Origin: an uncultured cyanobacterium
GTDB taxonomy: Bacteria > Cyanobacteriota > Cyanobacteriia > Cyanobacteriales > CAWCAG01
Direction: 5' to 3'
DNA: 64,000 bases
Assembly: GCA_963793425.1 (NCBI GenBank)
Contig: CAWCAG010000005.1
Coordinates: forward strand, 1,312,001 to 1,376,000
The notes below the pieces were generated by a model. The model ran no database searches and was not told the DNA's origin. It saw nothing but the letters and a program-made list of their open reading frames with translations. Both the position numbers and the translations under genes were made by a program. Of this stretch, positions 1 to 9,135 are shown one piece after another; the first letter of the stretch is position 1; the number at the start of each line of letters is the position of its first letter.

Positions 1-4
1 AACT

Positions 5-607
5 TTACTGGTCAATTAACTCGGAGTTAAACTCGTTGAAGGAACGTCTTTTTAATTGTATTGACTCAGAACGAGGCAGGAGATCAAAGACCTCCCGGAA
101 AACACTATCAATGTCTTCAAACTTAGCTTGTCCAGTTTGGTTAAAGACAATCTCACGATTTTGATTTAGTAAGACAGTCTGAGGAATAGCCCCTTGGTAG
201 TAATAACCTACTTCTTCAGGATTGTATTCATCCTTGATAGGAATAGAATCAACATTAATGGGTATAAAACTGGCTACTTTGCCATAAAATCGCTGTAGCT
301 GGGAGATAACCTCAGAAAATCTTTTGCAATCGCTGCTATCTTCTACATAAAAAACTAACAGAGCAACTTTGTCTCTTTGGAAAGATTCCATCAAGGTCAT
401 GCGGGGCGGAACTAAAGAACCATTTCCAGCATAAAGAGCAAAAATATTCCCATCAAACCTATCATCTTCAAGCCCTGCCGTTGCTGAGGGGGTTCCTAAC
501 ACTAAGAAACTAATTAGCCCAACCAGGAGCGTTATTGAGCAAAAGCGCAAGGAAATTTTTCTTGAATGGAAGTTATTTAGCCAGTAGCGCAACCGCGAAA
601 AAATCAT
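5..607 (-). CDS. Thioredoxin-fold thylakoid protein (photosystem I accumulation factor-like)
   Basis: N-terminal TM/signal segment; conserved cyanobacterial DDRFDGNIFALYAGNGSLVPPR; degenerate SxxC (SSDCK) thioredoxin-like motif. Confidence 0.65.
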   Translation of the reverse strand: MIFSRLRYWLNNFHSRKISLRFCSITLLVGLISFLVLGTPSATAGLEDDRFDGNIFALYAGNGSLVPPRMTLMESFQRDKVALLVFYVEDSSDCKRFSEVISQLQRFYGKVASFIPINVDSIPIKDEYNPEEVGYYYQGAIPQTVLLNQNREIVFNQTGQAKFEDIDSVFREVFDLLPRSESIQLKRRSFNEFNSELIDQ

Positions 608-691
608 AAAGTTCTATTTACCAATTAAATCAGCTATTATTAATAGTACAGCTAGGGGCTGTGGCTCAGTTGGATAGAGCAAGCGCCTCCT

Positions 692-1542
692 GAACAATCG
701 GGCCTCTTGGGGGAAACCCTAAGTAGTGAATGCGGTCAAATTCAAGGAAGCCTAAGTCTGGTCAAACAGAGAGGGTAATCTTGAGCCAAGCTTATAATTT
801 GTCGATTCGGCAAGTTATTAAGAAGGTGCAGAGACTGGTTGAATGAGAGCTAAAAATGATGGACTATAATGTCTCATCAAAAGTAGAGCAAAGAGGCATT
901 CTGACCGGGATGTTATTAGGTGCAAGTAGGAGGAATAAACAAAATTTCTACCTCCAACACCTGAATTTGCCAGAGGAATATGTTTTGTTTAAAAAGCAAC
1001 TCCTTGAACAAATCATTCGCAAGCCAGTTAGTCTTCGGGAAGAGAAAAGTAGTAAAGGCGAACCCTTGATACGTTTAGAACCAAAGTTGATTCCTTTAAC
1101 TAGGGTTTTGGTTAAGAGGCTTTATCAAGGAACAACACCTATAATTACAAGTAAGTTCCTGCGTTTTTTAACCCCCCCAGGTATAGCAATTTGGTTTATG
1201 GATAAAGGTTCTAAATCTTTTAAGAAGAAGAACGGCAAGATCCATAGCCTAGAAGTTAACTTCAATACCAATATCTGCCAAGCAGAAAATGAATTGATAG
1301 TAGCTTATTTTGCTGAAGTTTGGGGTTTTAAGTGGGGATTAAGCAAAAGTGGAAAGGCTTACCGTTTAAGGATGGGAACGAAAGAAGGTAAAAGATTTTT
1401 TGATTTTCTTCGTCCCTATATCCATCCCGCTATGCTCTACAAAATAGAAACCTCTTGTCAACATAACGGCCGCCACCTAAAAGAGCTTTTGCTCTGATGG
1501 TGAAGGGATAGTCCAGAGAGTAAGGAAACTTACACAAATCTG
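692..1542 (+). ncRNA. Group I self-splicing intron (IC3-like, bacterial tRNA type), 851 nt
   Basis: 5' exon ends in U and intron ends in G. P1 689-693/698-702 with U691.G700; P2 with GAAA loop 706-723; P3 GCGGTC 732-737 / GGCCGC 1468-1473; P4 TTCAAG/CTTGAG; R element GCAGAGACT 828-836; P8 1474-1502; S element AAGGGATAGTCC 1503-1514; P9 GTAAG-GAAA-CTTAC. Confidence 0.95.
856..1497 (+). CDS. Intron-encoded two-motif LAGLIDADG (LAGLIDADG_2 / I-SceI-like) homing endonuclease or maturase; active sites degenerate
   Basis: Motifs ILTGMLLGAS and LTPPGIAIWFMDKG; C-terminal LRPYIHPAMLYKI typical of the family; very basic protein; lies inside the intron. Confidence 0.85.
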   Translation: MMDYNVSSKVEQRGILTGMLLGASRRNKQNFYLQHLNLPEEYVLFKKQLLEQIIRKPVSLREEKSSKGEPLIRLEPKLIPLTRVLVKRLYQGTTPIITSKFLRFLTPPGIAIWFMDKGSKSFKKKNGKIHSLEVNFNTNICQAENELIVAYFAEVWGFKWGLSKSGKAYRLRMGTKEGKRFFDFLRPYIHPAMLYKIETSCQHNGRHLKELLL

Positions 1543-1591
1543 AAGCGCTAGGTCGCCGGTTCAAATCCGGCCAGTCCCGTTTTTTCAGTGT

Positions 1592-1798
1592 ATGGCTTGC
1601 CGTTTTGTTGATGATCAATTTAGCCACTTGAGTTTAATTTGGTATAAGCAATGGTTGGTTGCCTTTTCTCTGGCAACATTAGCTTTTTTCATGGTGTCTG
1701 CATTTAGCCAACCAGCACAAGCTTTATCATTAGTTGGTAATGACAGCACCGAACAAGTAGAAGAAACTGTTGAGAATGCTAAAGATGCTATTGATTAA
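1592..1798 (+). CDS. Short hypothetical secreted protein or gene remnant
   Basis: Hydrophobic signal-like stretch ending QPAQA, followed by a short acidic tail; start uncertain. Confidence 0.3.
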   Translation: MACRFVDDQFSHLSLIWYKQWLVAFSLATLAFFMVSAFSQPAQALSLVGNDSTEQVEETVENAKDAID

Positions 1799-1901
1799 TT
1801 AACTAGTACTTCGGTTGTATGAGTTTTTGAATTAGGTTTATTTCACTGTCGTGATTGCCTAATTCAATTTTTTTGCTGCGATCGCTTTTTTATTTCAGGC
1901 T

Positions 1902-3881
1902 TCAGTTAACTTTCAACACTCTAGTAGCATTGAGGATTGCTAAAAGCGCTACCCCTACATCAGCAAATACTGCTTCCCACAGAGTTGCTACCCCAATTGC
2001 TCCTAGCAAAATAAATAGTGCCTTAACTGCCATTGCCAGGATGATGTTTTGCCAAACAATAGAATGAGTTTTACGAGCTATACCTATTGCCTCTGCTACC
2101 TTAGAAGGAGCATCATTCATTAGCACCACATCGGCAGTTTCTATAGCTGCATCAGAACCTAACGCTCCCATTGCTATCCCGACATCTGCTCTCGCAATTA
2201 CCGGTGCATCGTTGATACCATCACCCACGAAAGCTACTTTGCTTTTTTTGTCAGACTGATGAAGATACTGCTCGATTGCTTCTACCTTGTCTTCTGGAAG
2301 CAATTGCGCTTTGTAGGTGTCTAGACCAAGCTTACTGGCAACCCTTCGAGCCACAACTTGGTTATCTCCCGTCAGCATTACAGTTTCGGTGACTCCTGCT
2401 TTTTTCAATCGGGCGATCGCATCTTGAGCATCTTCCTTAATCCTGTCGGAGATTAAGATATAGCCAGCATATTTTCTATCTATTGCTAGATGAACTACCG
2501 TACCTTCAACATTACAAGTATCATGTTCTATCTTTTCTCTGTGTAAGAGGCGATCGTTCCCTGCCAATACTGACATCCCTCTGACTTTAGCACTAATACC
2601 GTGTCCGGGAATTTCTTTATGATCAGCGACATCAGAATCGGTAATAGTAATGTCAGCCGCAGCAATTTGATTGCCGTAAGCTTCAACAATGGATCGCGCC
2701 ACAGGATGATTGGATTGAGATTCGGCGATCGCAGCAATAGTAAGTATTTCTTTTTTCCTATAGCCGTTATAAGCAGTTACTTGAGTAACTTGGAATACAC
2801 CTTCAGTTAACGTTCCAGTTTTATCAAAAATTACCGTTTTAACATTGGTCAAGGCATCGAGAAAAGTCGAACCCTTAACTAAAATACCTCTTTTGGCTGC
2901 ACCACCAACTCCACCAAAGTAACCCAAAGGAATACTAATTACTAATCCGCAGGGACAGGATATAACTAATAATACCAACCCTCGATAAAACCATTGTTCG
3001 CTAGTTGCACCAGGAATGAATAAGGGGGGTAAGATAGCAACTGCTAGAGAGAGAAAAACTACAACGGGAGTGTAGTAACGGGCAAAACGAGTAATAAATT
3101 TCTCTGTTGGAGCTTTTTTACTGCTGGCATTTTCTACCAAGTCCAAAATTTTAGCAATGGAAGATTCGGCAAATATTTTGGTGACTCGAACTTTTAAACT
3201 ACCTGTTTGGTTAATCGCACCTGCTAAGATTGTTTCTCCTTCTCTTACAGTTTGAGGTACGGATTCACCCGTAAGTGCCGAAGTATCAATCTGGGAAGTA
3301 CCTGATAGTATCTCACCATCTAAAGGAACTTTCTCCCCTGGTTTGATCACAATCCTATCTCCAACTTCTACTTTTTCAGGGTTAACTTCTCTTATCACTC
3401 CATCAATAACTAGACTTGCCTTGTCAGGACGTATTTCTAATAGTGACTTAATCGAACGACGTGAGCGCCCCACCGCAAAACCCTGAAACAGTTCTCCAAT
3501 CTGAAAAAACAGCATTACTGCTACCCCTTCGGGTAATTCATGAATTGCGATCGCCCCTAAGGTTGCAATAGTCATCAAAAAGTTCTCATTAAATATTAGA
3601 CCCCGCAAAATATTAGACCCCGCACTGGTTAATACACTCCAACCGCTTATGAAGTAGGCGGGAATTAAAACTGCGTATTCTGCGATCGCACCAGGAGTAT
3701 TATGCAAAGGCTGGTTAAAGATTAATCCAATCAGAAATAGAGCGATCGCAATACTAAGAGGTATTAGTTCTCGACTTAAATTAAACTCACCATGCTCATG
3801 GCTATGATTATGATCCTGATGATGATTTTCATCGGTAGAACAGCAACTAGTGGAATGTTTACCTGACATAATCCAAAACAT
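1902..3881 (-). CDS. ziaA: Zn/Cd-transporting P1B-type ATPase (ZiaA/CadA-like)
   Basis: His/Cys-rich N-terminus, TGES, CPC, DKTGTLT, HP and GDGINDAP motifs; start may be ATG 3869. Confidence 0.9.
   Translation of the reverse strand: MFWIMSGKHSTSCCSTDENHHQDHNHSHEHGEFNLSRELIPLSIAIALFLIGLIFNQPLHNTPGAIAEYAVLIPAYFISGWSVLTSAGSNILRGLIFNENFLMTIATLGAIAIHELPEGVAVMLFFQIGELFQGFAVGRSRRSIKSLLEIRPDKASLVIDGVIREVNPEKVEVGDRIVIKPGEKVPLDGEILSGTSQIDTSALTGESVPQTVREGETILAGAINQTGSLKVRVTKIFAESSIAKILDLVENASSKKAPTEKFITRFARYYTPVVVFLSLAVAILPPLFIPGATSEQWFYRGLVLLVISCPCGLVISIPLGYFGGVGGAAKRGILVKGSTFLDALTNVKTVIFDKTGTLTEGVFQVTQVTAYNGYRKKEILTIAAIAESQSNHPVARSIVEAYGNQIAAADITITDSDVADHKEIPGHGISAKVRGMSVLAGNDRLLHREKIEHDTCNVEGTVVHLAIDRKYAGYILISDRIKEDAQDAIARLKKAGVTETVMLTGDNQVVARRVASKLGLDTYKAQLLPEDKVEAIEQYLHQSDKKSKVAFVGDGINDAPVIARADVGIAMGALGSDAAIETADVVLMNDAPSKVAEAIGIARKTHSIVWQNIILAMAVKALFILLGAIGVATLWEAVFADVGVALLAILNATRVLKVN
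2413..2420. repeat. HIP1 octamer (example; recurrent throughout the window)
   Basis: GCGATCGC occurs many times in and between genes, typical of cyanobacteria. Confidence 0.9.
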
Positions 3882-3907
3882 TTAAACAATTTTTATAAAT
3901 GAACAAT

Positions 3908-3921
3908 TGAATAGTTATTCA
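3908..3921. promoter_or_regulatory. SmtB/ZiaR-type operator inverted repeat
   Basis: TGAATAGTTATTCA palindrome resembling the smt operator core TGAACAGTTATTCA, located between the repressor and the ATPase start. Confidence 0.75.
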
Positions 3922-3967
3922 GATAATATCTCCAAAAAAGTTATTTAGCAATAGATAACAGGAAGAA

Positions 3968-4363
3968 TTAAACTTCGTCTAAGTGTTCGGCTACTTCACG
4001 ATAAAGGTTGGCAATATGCGCGTCTGCCAAGCTGTAATAAACGTTACGCCCCTCACGGCGATGTTTCACTAAGCGGAGGTTTCTGAGCAAACGTAACTGA
4101 TGTGAAACGGCTGATTCACTCATTCTAACTACGGCAGCCAAGTCACAGACACAAAGTTCGGCTTTAGCCAGGGCAGAAAGGAGTTTAAGCCGATGGGGGG
4201 CAGCCATAGCACCAAAAAACTGAGCCATCTGCTGTGCTTTCTCTGTAGTTATGATTTCCGACTGCACTTGACGTACTTGCTCTAAATGAACTAAAGGTGA
4301 ATCACAAGTAAGTATGTCCGATGCTAGAGAGCCTTGTTTTTTTGATTTGTTAACTTTGCTCAT
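3968..4363 (-). CDS. ziaR: ArsR/SmtB-family metal-sensing repressor (ZiaR-like)
   Basis: ELCVCDLA, SESAVSHQLRLLR HTH, alpha5 ligands DAH...EHLDE; directly upstream of the P1B ATPase. Confidence 0.88.
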   Translation of the reverse strand: MSKVNKSKKQGSLASDILTCDSPLVHLEQVRQVQSEIITTEKAQQMAQFFGAMAAPHRLKLLSALAKAELCVCDLAAVVRMSESAVSHQLRLLRNLRLVKHRREGRNVYYSLADAHIANLYREVAEHLDEV

Positions 4364-4672
4364 TTTTCACATTCCAACCCCTACAAGTATAGTTACTTCA
4401 GATAACAGTAGGGTCATTTTTTAGTTGACTTCTTTGATAGTGATACTCATTATATATCTGCATCTCTTTTCAAATGAACAAATATGGCCGTAGGATTACT
4501 CAGAGAAACTATCAGACAAAAATCAACTCCAAACTTTTTTATAACGAGTAAATATTGTGATGTATTTACTCAGCTAAGCAACAAAACAATAAATGTAACA
4601 AATTGACATATAGAATTAAGTAACAAAAAGAAACTCAATCAAACTTAGCTTGGTATGATAGCTGAAAAATAA

Positions 4673-5665
<993 letters not shown>

Positions 5666-5767
5666 ATAAGGAATAAGGAGATAAGGAGATAAGGAATAAG
5701 TAGATAAGTAATAAGTAATAAGTAATAAGTAATAAGTAATAAGTAATAAGTAATAAGTAATAAGTAA
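5666..5767 (+). repeat. Short tandemly repeated repetitive (STRR-like) heptamer array
   Basis: Nine perfect TAAGTAA units at 5705-5767, preceded by degenerate TAAGGA(G)A units; similar short runs near 28996-29028 and 41891-41937. Confidence 0.9.
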
Positions 5768-5774
5768 AGAGATA

Positions 5775-6080
5775 CTATTCCCTATTCCCTATTCCCTGTT
5801 CTCTATTACTAACAGCTTTGCGAAAACCAAGTACGACCAAAATGTTGGAAAGGGTTAAAAAAGCTTCTGCACTGCCATGAAGCCAGTCTATATTGGCTAA
5901 AGATTTGTGGTAGTTCACCTGAGCATAAATTCCTGCTGGAATAGTAACAGCCACAAAAACCAGCAGTACATAAAACCCAATCAAAGCCAAGCGCGGTGCT
6001 TTTCCAGAACGAGTAATAAACCACAAAAATCCTAAGTAAGGAAATAGGGAAAGAGCGAATAAAGTATCTTTAGAAATCAT
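5775..6080 (-). CDS. DUF3593-type membrane protein
   Basis: LFALSLFPYLGFLWF...DWLHGSAEAFLTLSN; the C-terminus NREQGIGNRE is encoded by a heptamer repeat. Confidence 0.8.
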   Translation of the reverse strand: MISKDTLFALSLFPYLGFLWFITRSGKAPRLALIGFYVLLVFVAVTIPAGIYAQVNYHKSLANIDWLHGSAEAFLTLSNILVVLGFRKAVSNREQGIGNRE

Positions 6081-6135
6081 TGAGGAAGAAGGGAGTAGGG
6101 AGCGGGGAGCAGTAACGGAGGTGGCAAGTAAAATA

Positions 6136-6471
6136 CTATTCTATTGCCTGTTCTCTATAAATCCACCAACCTGCAACGCAGAGAGTGCAATTCCCGAACA
6201 CAGTCATAGAAGCTTGGACAGTAACTAACCACTCTAAAGAAACTGGATTATCAAAGAAGTGCCAAGTACAGGCACACATGGCGCTAACCAAAGCAGGTAA
6301 CATCGCAAAAGAAAGCCCATACCAAGCTTTATTATTCGTTACCTCACCATACCGCCAAATAAACCAAATCGCCGCTATCCACTCAAAAACGCTAGAAACA
6401 TGGATAATCCAAGTGGGAATAGAAAGAGCGTGCATATAAAATAACAAATAAACAATTTTGTAAGCTAACAC
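6136..6471 (-). CDS. ycf49: Ycf49 / DUF2499 membrane protein
   Basis: MHALSIPTWIIHVSSVFEW...CACTWHFFDN; probable true start at the MHALS ATG (6435). Confidence 0.85.
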   Translation of the reverse strand: MLAYKIVYLLFYMHALSIPTWIIHVSSVFEWIAAIWFIWRYGEVTNNKAWYGLSFAMLPALVSAMCACTWHFFDNPVSLEWLVTVQASMTVFGNCTLCVAGWWIYREQAIE

Positions 6472-6546
6472 AACAAAAGCAAAGTTATCCTAGAACTTAA
6501 TATATCCGCGATCGCCAGCTTGATCTTCGCTAAGGTAACTTGATCT

Positions 6547-7326
6547 ATGAAACCTCAAATTTTGACTGCTGCTGCACTTTTGACCACAATTAGTTTAACA
6601 ACTCCTGCTAAAGCTGAGGATCTAGCTCAAATAAGTCAGTTATTAAATACTAAGCAATGTGTTCAGTGTGATTTGAGTGGGGCGGGTTTGGTATTAGCTA
6701 GACTATCTAATGCTCAACTAACCCAAACAAATTTAACTCGCGCTAACCTCAGTAGGGCAGATTTAAGCGGCGCAGATTTAAGGGGTGCTAACTTAACGGG
6801 TACTTCCCTTAACGGCGCTAACTTAACTGGGGCCGATCTTCGGGGGGCGATTCTCAATGGTACAGACTTAAGAGATGCTTACTTGTTTGATGCCAAACTC
6901 GAAGATACGAGTTTAGCCTCAGCCTATATTCAAGGTACGATTGGTATTCCCTTAGATGCTGCTAGCGCCGAACAATTTAATGTTTGGGGGGTTATGGAAG
7001 CTAATCGGCAAAACTATGCTGCTGCCCTAGAACATTACAATAAAGCTCTGGCTTTAGATCCAGAATTAGCCGCAGCTTATTTAGGAAGTGCTTGGACTTT
7101 ATATCGCCTCCGTGACGAAGAAGAAGCTATTAAAAATGCCACCATAGCTAGTACCTTATTTGAAGAACAAGGTAATGTTAAGGGTAAAGAAACCTCTGAT
7201 CAATTCCTAGTTAGTATAGAAGAAGCCCGCCAAGCTGCCGAGAATCGTAACTCTGGAGGCTCTGGAGGTGGGGTAGGCAGATTTTTAGGAGGAGTTCTTT
7301 CTTTTCTCTTACAAGTCCTGCTTTAA
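6547..7326 (+). CDS. Secreted pentapeptide-repeat protein with C-terminal TPR
   Basis: Signal peptide, CxxCDL, many A(D/N)LXX repeats, YNKALALDP TPR. Confidence 0.88.
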   Translation: MKPQILTAAALLTTISLTTPAKAEDLAQISQLLNTKQCVQCDLSGAGLVLARLSNAQLTQTNLTRANLSRADLSGADLRGANLTGTSLNGANLTGADLRGAILNGTDLRDAYLFDAKLEDTSLASAYIQGTIGIPLDAASAEQFNVWGVMEANRQNYAAALEHYNKALALDPELAAAYLGSAWTLYRLRDEEEAIKNATIASTLFEEQGNVKGKETSDQFLVSIEEARQAAENRNSGGSGGGVGRFLGGVLSFLLQVLL

Positions 7327-7347
7327 CCCTAACTAACTCCTCGCTCC

Positions 7348-7968
7348 TTAGCCTTCCTCCTTACCATAAGCTTCCCAAGCTAAATCTACGATACCATTAA
7401 CAATCGCGGCTGCTACCACAGAACTTCCCTTGCGTCCTTTAATACGAATATGAGGAGTTAAGGTATCTTTTAACTTGGATTTAGCCCGATCTACCCCCAC
7501 AAACCCAGAAGGAGTACCAATAACCAAAGCTGGGCGTATTTCTTCTGCTTCAATCAATTCTACTAGAGCCGTGAGGGAAGTTTGAGCTTGTCCAACCACA
7601 AAAATACCTTCGGGATAGCGTCTGGCTAAAGTTTGAATACCCCAAGCCGCTTGAGTCTTTTCTTTTTGCGGCCTGGTTAAGGTTTCCATGGCACAATAAA
7701 CAGGGTTGGCGAAGGTGTTTTGAATATGATAGGTAATACCAACTTGTACCATAGGTACATCTACCACAATGGTAGTACGAGCAGCCAAAGCTGCTGCCCC
7801 AGCTTGAAGCGCACGTTCCGAAAAGCGTACTAAACTTTTATACTCAAAGTCTGCTGTTTCATAAATGACGCGACGAACAATTTCATACTCCGCAGGAGAA
7901 AAAATATGTTCACCAATTTCTTGGTCAATAATAGATAGACTTTGGGCATCGGTTGTATGCCATTCCAT
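7348..7968 (-). CDS. cobH: Precorrin-8X methylmutase family protein
   Basis: S-x-x-II-x-x-EI, RVIYETADF, GRKGSSVVAAAIVN; cyanobacterial paralog with a non-canonical catalytic His position. Confidence 0.8.
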   Translation of the reverse strand: MEWHTTDAQSLSIIDQEIGEHIFSPAEYEIVRRVIYETADFEYKSLVRFSERALQAGAAALAARTTIVVDVPMVQVGITYHIQNTFANPVYCAMETLTRPQKEKTQAAWGIQTLARRYPEGIFVVGQAQTSLTALVELIEAEEIRPALVIGTPSGFVGVDRAKSKLKDTLTPHIRIKGRKGSSVVAAAIVNGIVDLAWEAYGKEEG

Positions 7969-8061
7969 GACGCTTAGTTTCCCATCAGCTTAAAGTGTCT
8001 TTTGCTTAGAAAGCTCAAATGTATCATAGAACACCCTCAAATTATTTGCCCTCTCTGCTTT

Positions 8062-8865
8062 TTAAGTCTCAGAAGCATTGGATTGAGCGATCATAGGAGA
8101 CAAGTAAGCGACTAAAGCACCCAATACAAAACCGATGATATTTCTGAATAAGGGTAACCACTCAGGAGTTCTGGTGACAACTGGCCCCATACCAAAAGCG
8201 ATAAATAGTATTCCCCACAAAGGTGAAAATATTAAGGCCCACTGCCAAGCAAAAATTTGACCTTCTTTACGAGGTACTCCTGCAAGCCCAAAGATAAATC
8301 CCCCAACCACAGAACTAATTAAAGTCAGAATCCACTGTTCTTTCGGTAATCCTGGTACGACATTACAACCGCCGTTTTTGAGGCATTCTTCTACAGTGTA
8401 AAGGGCTTGGACAATCGAGTTATTTTCCCCTTCATCCCGTACATAATAAAGGTTGCCGTAGCGAGTTTGTAACTCTACCCAAAAAGTACGAGGAAGCAAA
8501 GGATAAATATCATCGCCAACATTAAAAGCTAAAAGGTTTCCCCCCCTAGCATCCGCAACCAGGAGAATACTGCGATCATCTAGTCCCCAAAACTTTTTAA
8601 CTGCCCTGCCAGGGGTACGATCATACTGGGTTAGTACTCTGAGTTTCCAGCCTGTATTTTCTTCAAAGCTTTCTAAATTTGTAATTAGGGATTCTTCTTG
8701 CAGAGAAGGGAGAAAGTTGGCCAAATCAATGATCGGTGTTTCAACTTCAGGTAATAAATCAGGATTATCAAAAGCCCAAGCTACAGGAGCGATCGCCCAA
8801 GTGGATAAACTCAAGATACAGGCAACTAAGGATATTAAAACTTTTTGAATAAGACGATGTTGCAT
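8062..8865 (-). CDS. TPM-domain thylakoid membrane protein
   Basis: GWKLRVLTQYDRTPG, PRTFWVELQTRYGN, three C-terminal TM helices. Confidence 0.8.
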   Translation of the reverse strand: MQHRLIQKVLISLVACILSLSTWAIAPVAWAFDNPDLLPEVETPIIDLANFLPSLQEESLITNLESFEENTGWKLRVLTQYDRTPGRAVKKFWGLDDRSILLVADARGGNLLAFNVGDDIYPLLPRTFWVELQTRYGNLYYVRDEGENNSIVQALYTVEECLKNGGCNVVPGLPKEQWILTLISSVVGGFIFGLAGVPRKEGQIFAWQWALIFSPLWGILFIAFGMGPVVTRTPEWLPLFRNIIGFVLGALVAYLSPMIAQSNASET

Positions 8866-9135
8866 TTTGCGGTTAAAAACATCTTTAAGGTGGACAATTG
8901 AGAAGTTATGGAAACTTTTCTTTACACTTATTCACCTTATTCTAATATTAGGAATGGTTAGAAGTTAAATTTTCTTGGTAAACCTACTTGATTTTCTTCG
9001 TTGCTTGAAGTATAAAACTATTGCTGGCTCTGAACTAAAGGCTTTTTAGCCCCCTTAATAGATTAAATCGCCTTAAATGAGATTTCCTCTTCAACTTGAA
9101 GCTCATTAAGGCGATCGCTTATGAAAATCAAATTA

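Larger units (their letters stand above)
655..1579 (+). tRNA. trnR-CCU: tRNA-Arg(CCU), interrupted by a group I intron; exons 655-691 and 1543-1579
   Basis: Joined exons give a full cloverleaf: acceptor GGGGCTG/CAGTCCC, D arm GCTC-AGTTGGATA-GAGC, anticodon stem AGCGC/GCGCT with loop CT-CCT-AA, T arm GCCGG-TTCAAAT-CCGGC; CCA not encoded. Confidence 0.95.

Noticed and set aside
856..1497. Free-standing endonuclease or intein interpretation
   Set aside because: The ORF is enclosed by group I core elements and tRNA exons and has no intein splicing motifs
1430..1627. 65-aa minus-strand ORF
   Set aside because: Antisense to the intron core and tRNA 3' exon; a shadow ORF
5666..5767. Possible CRISPR array
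   Set aside because: Contiguous 7-nt tandem units with no unique spacers and no cas genes
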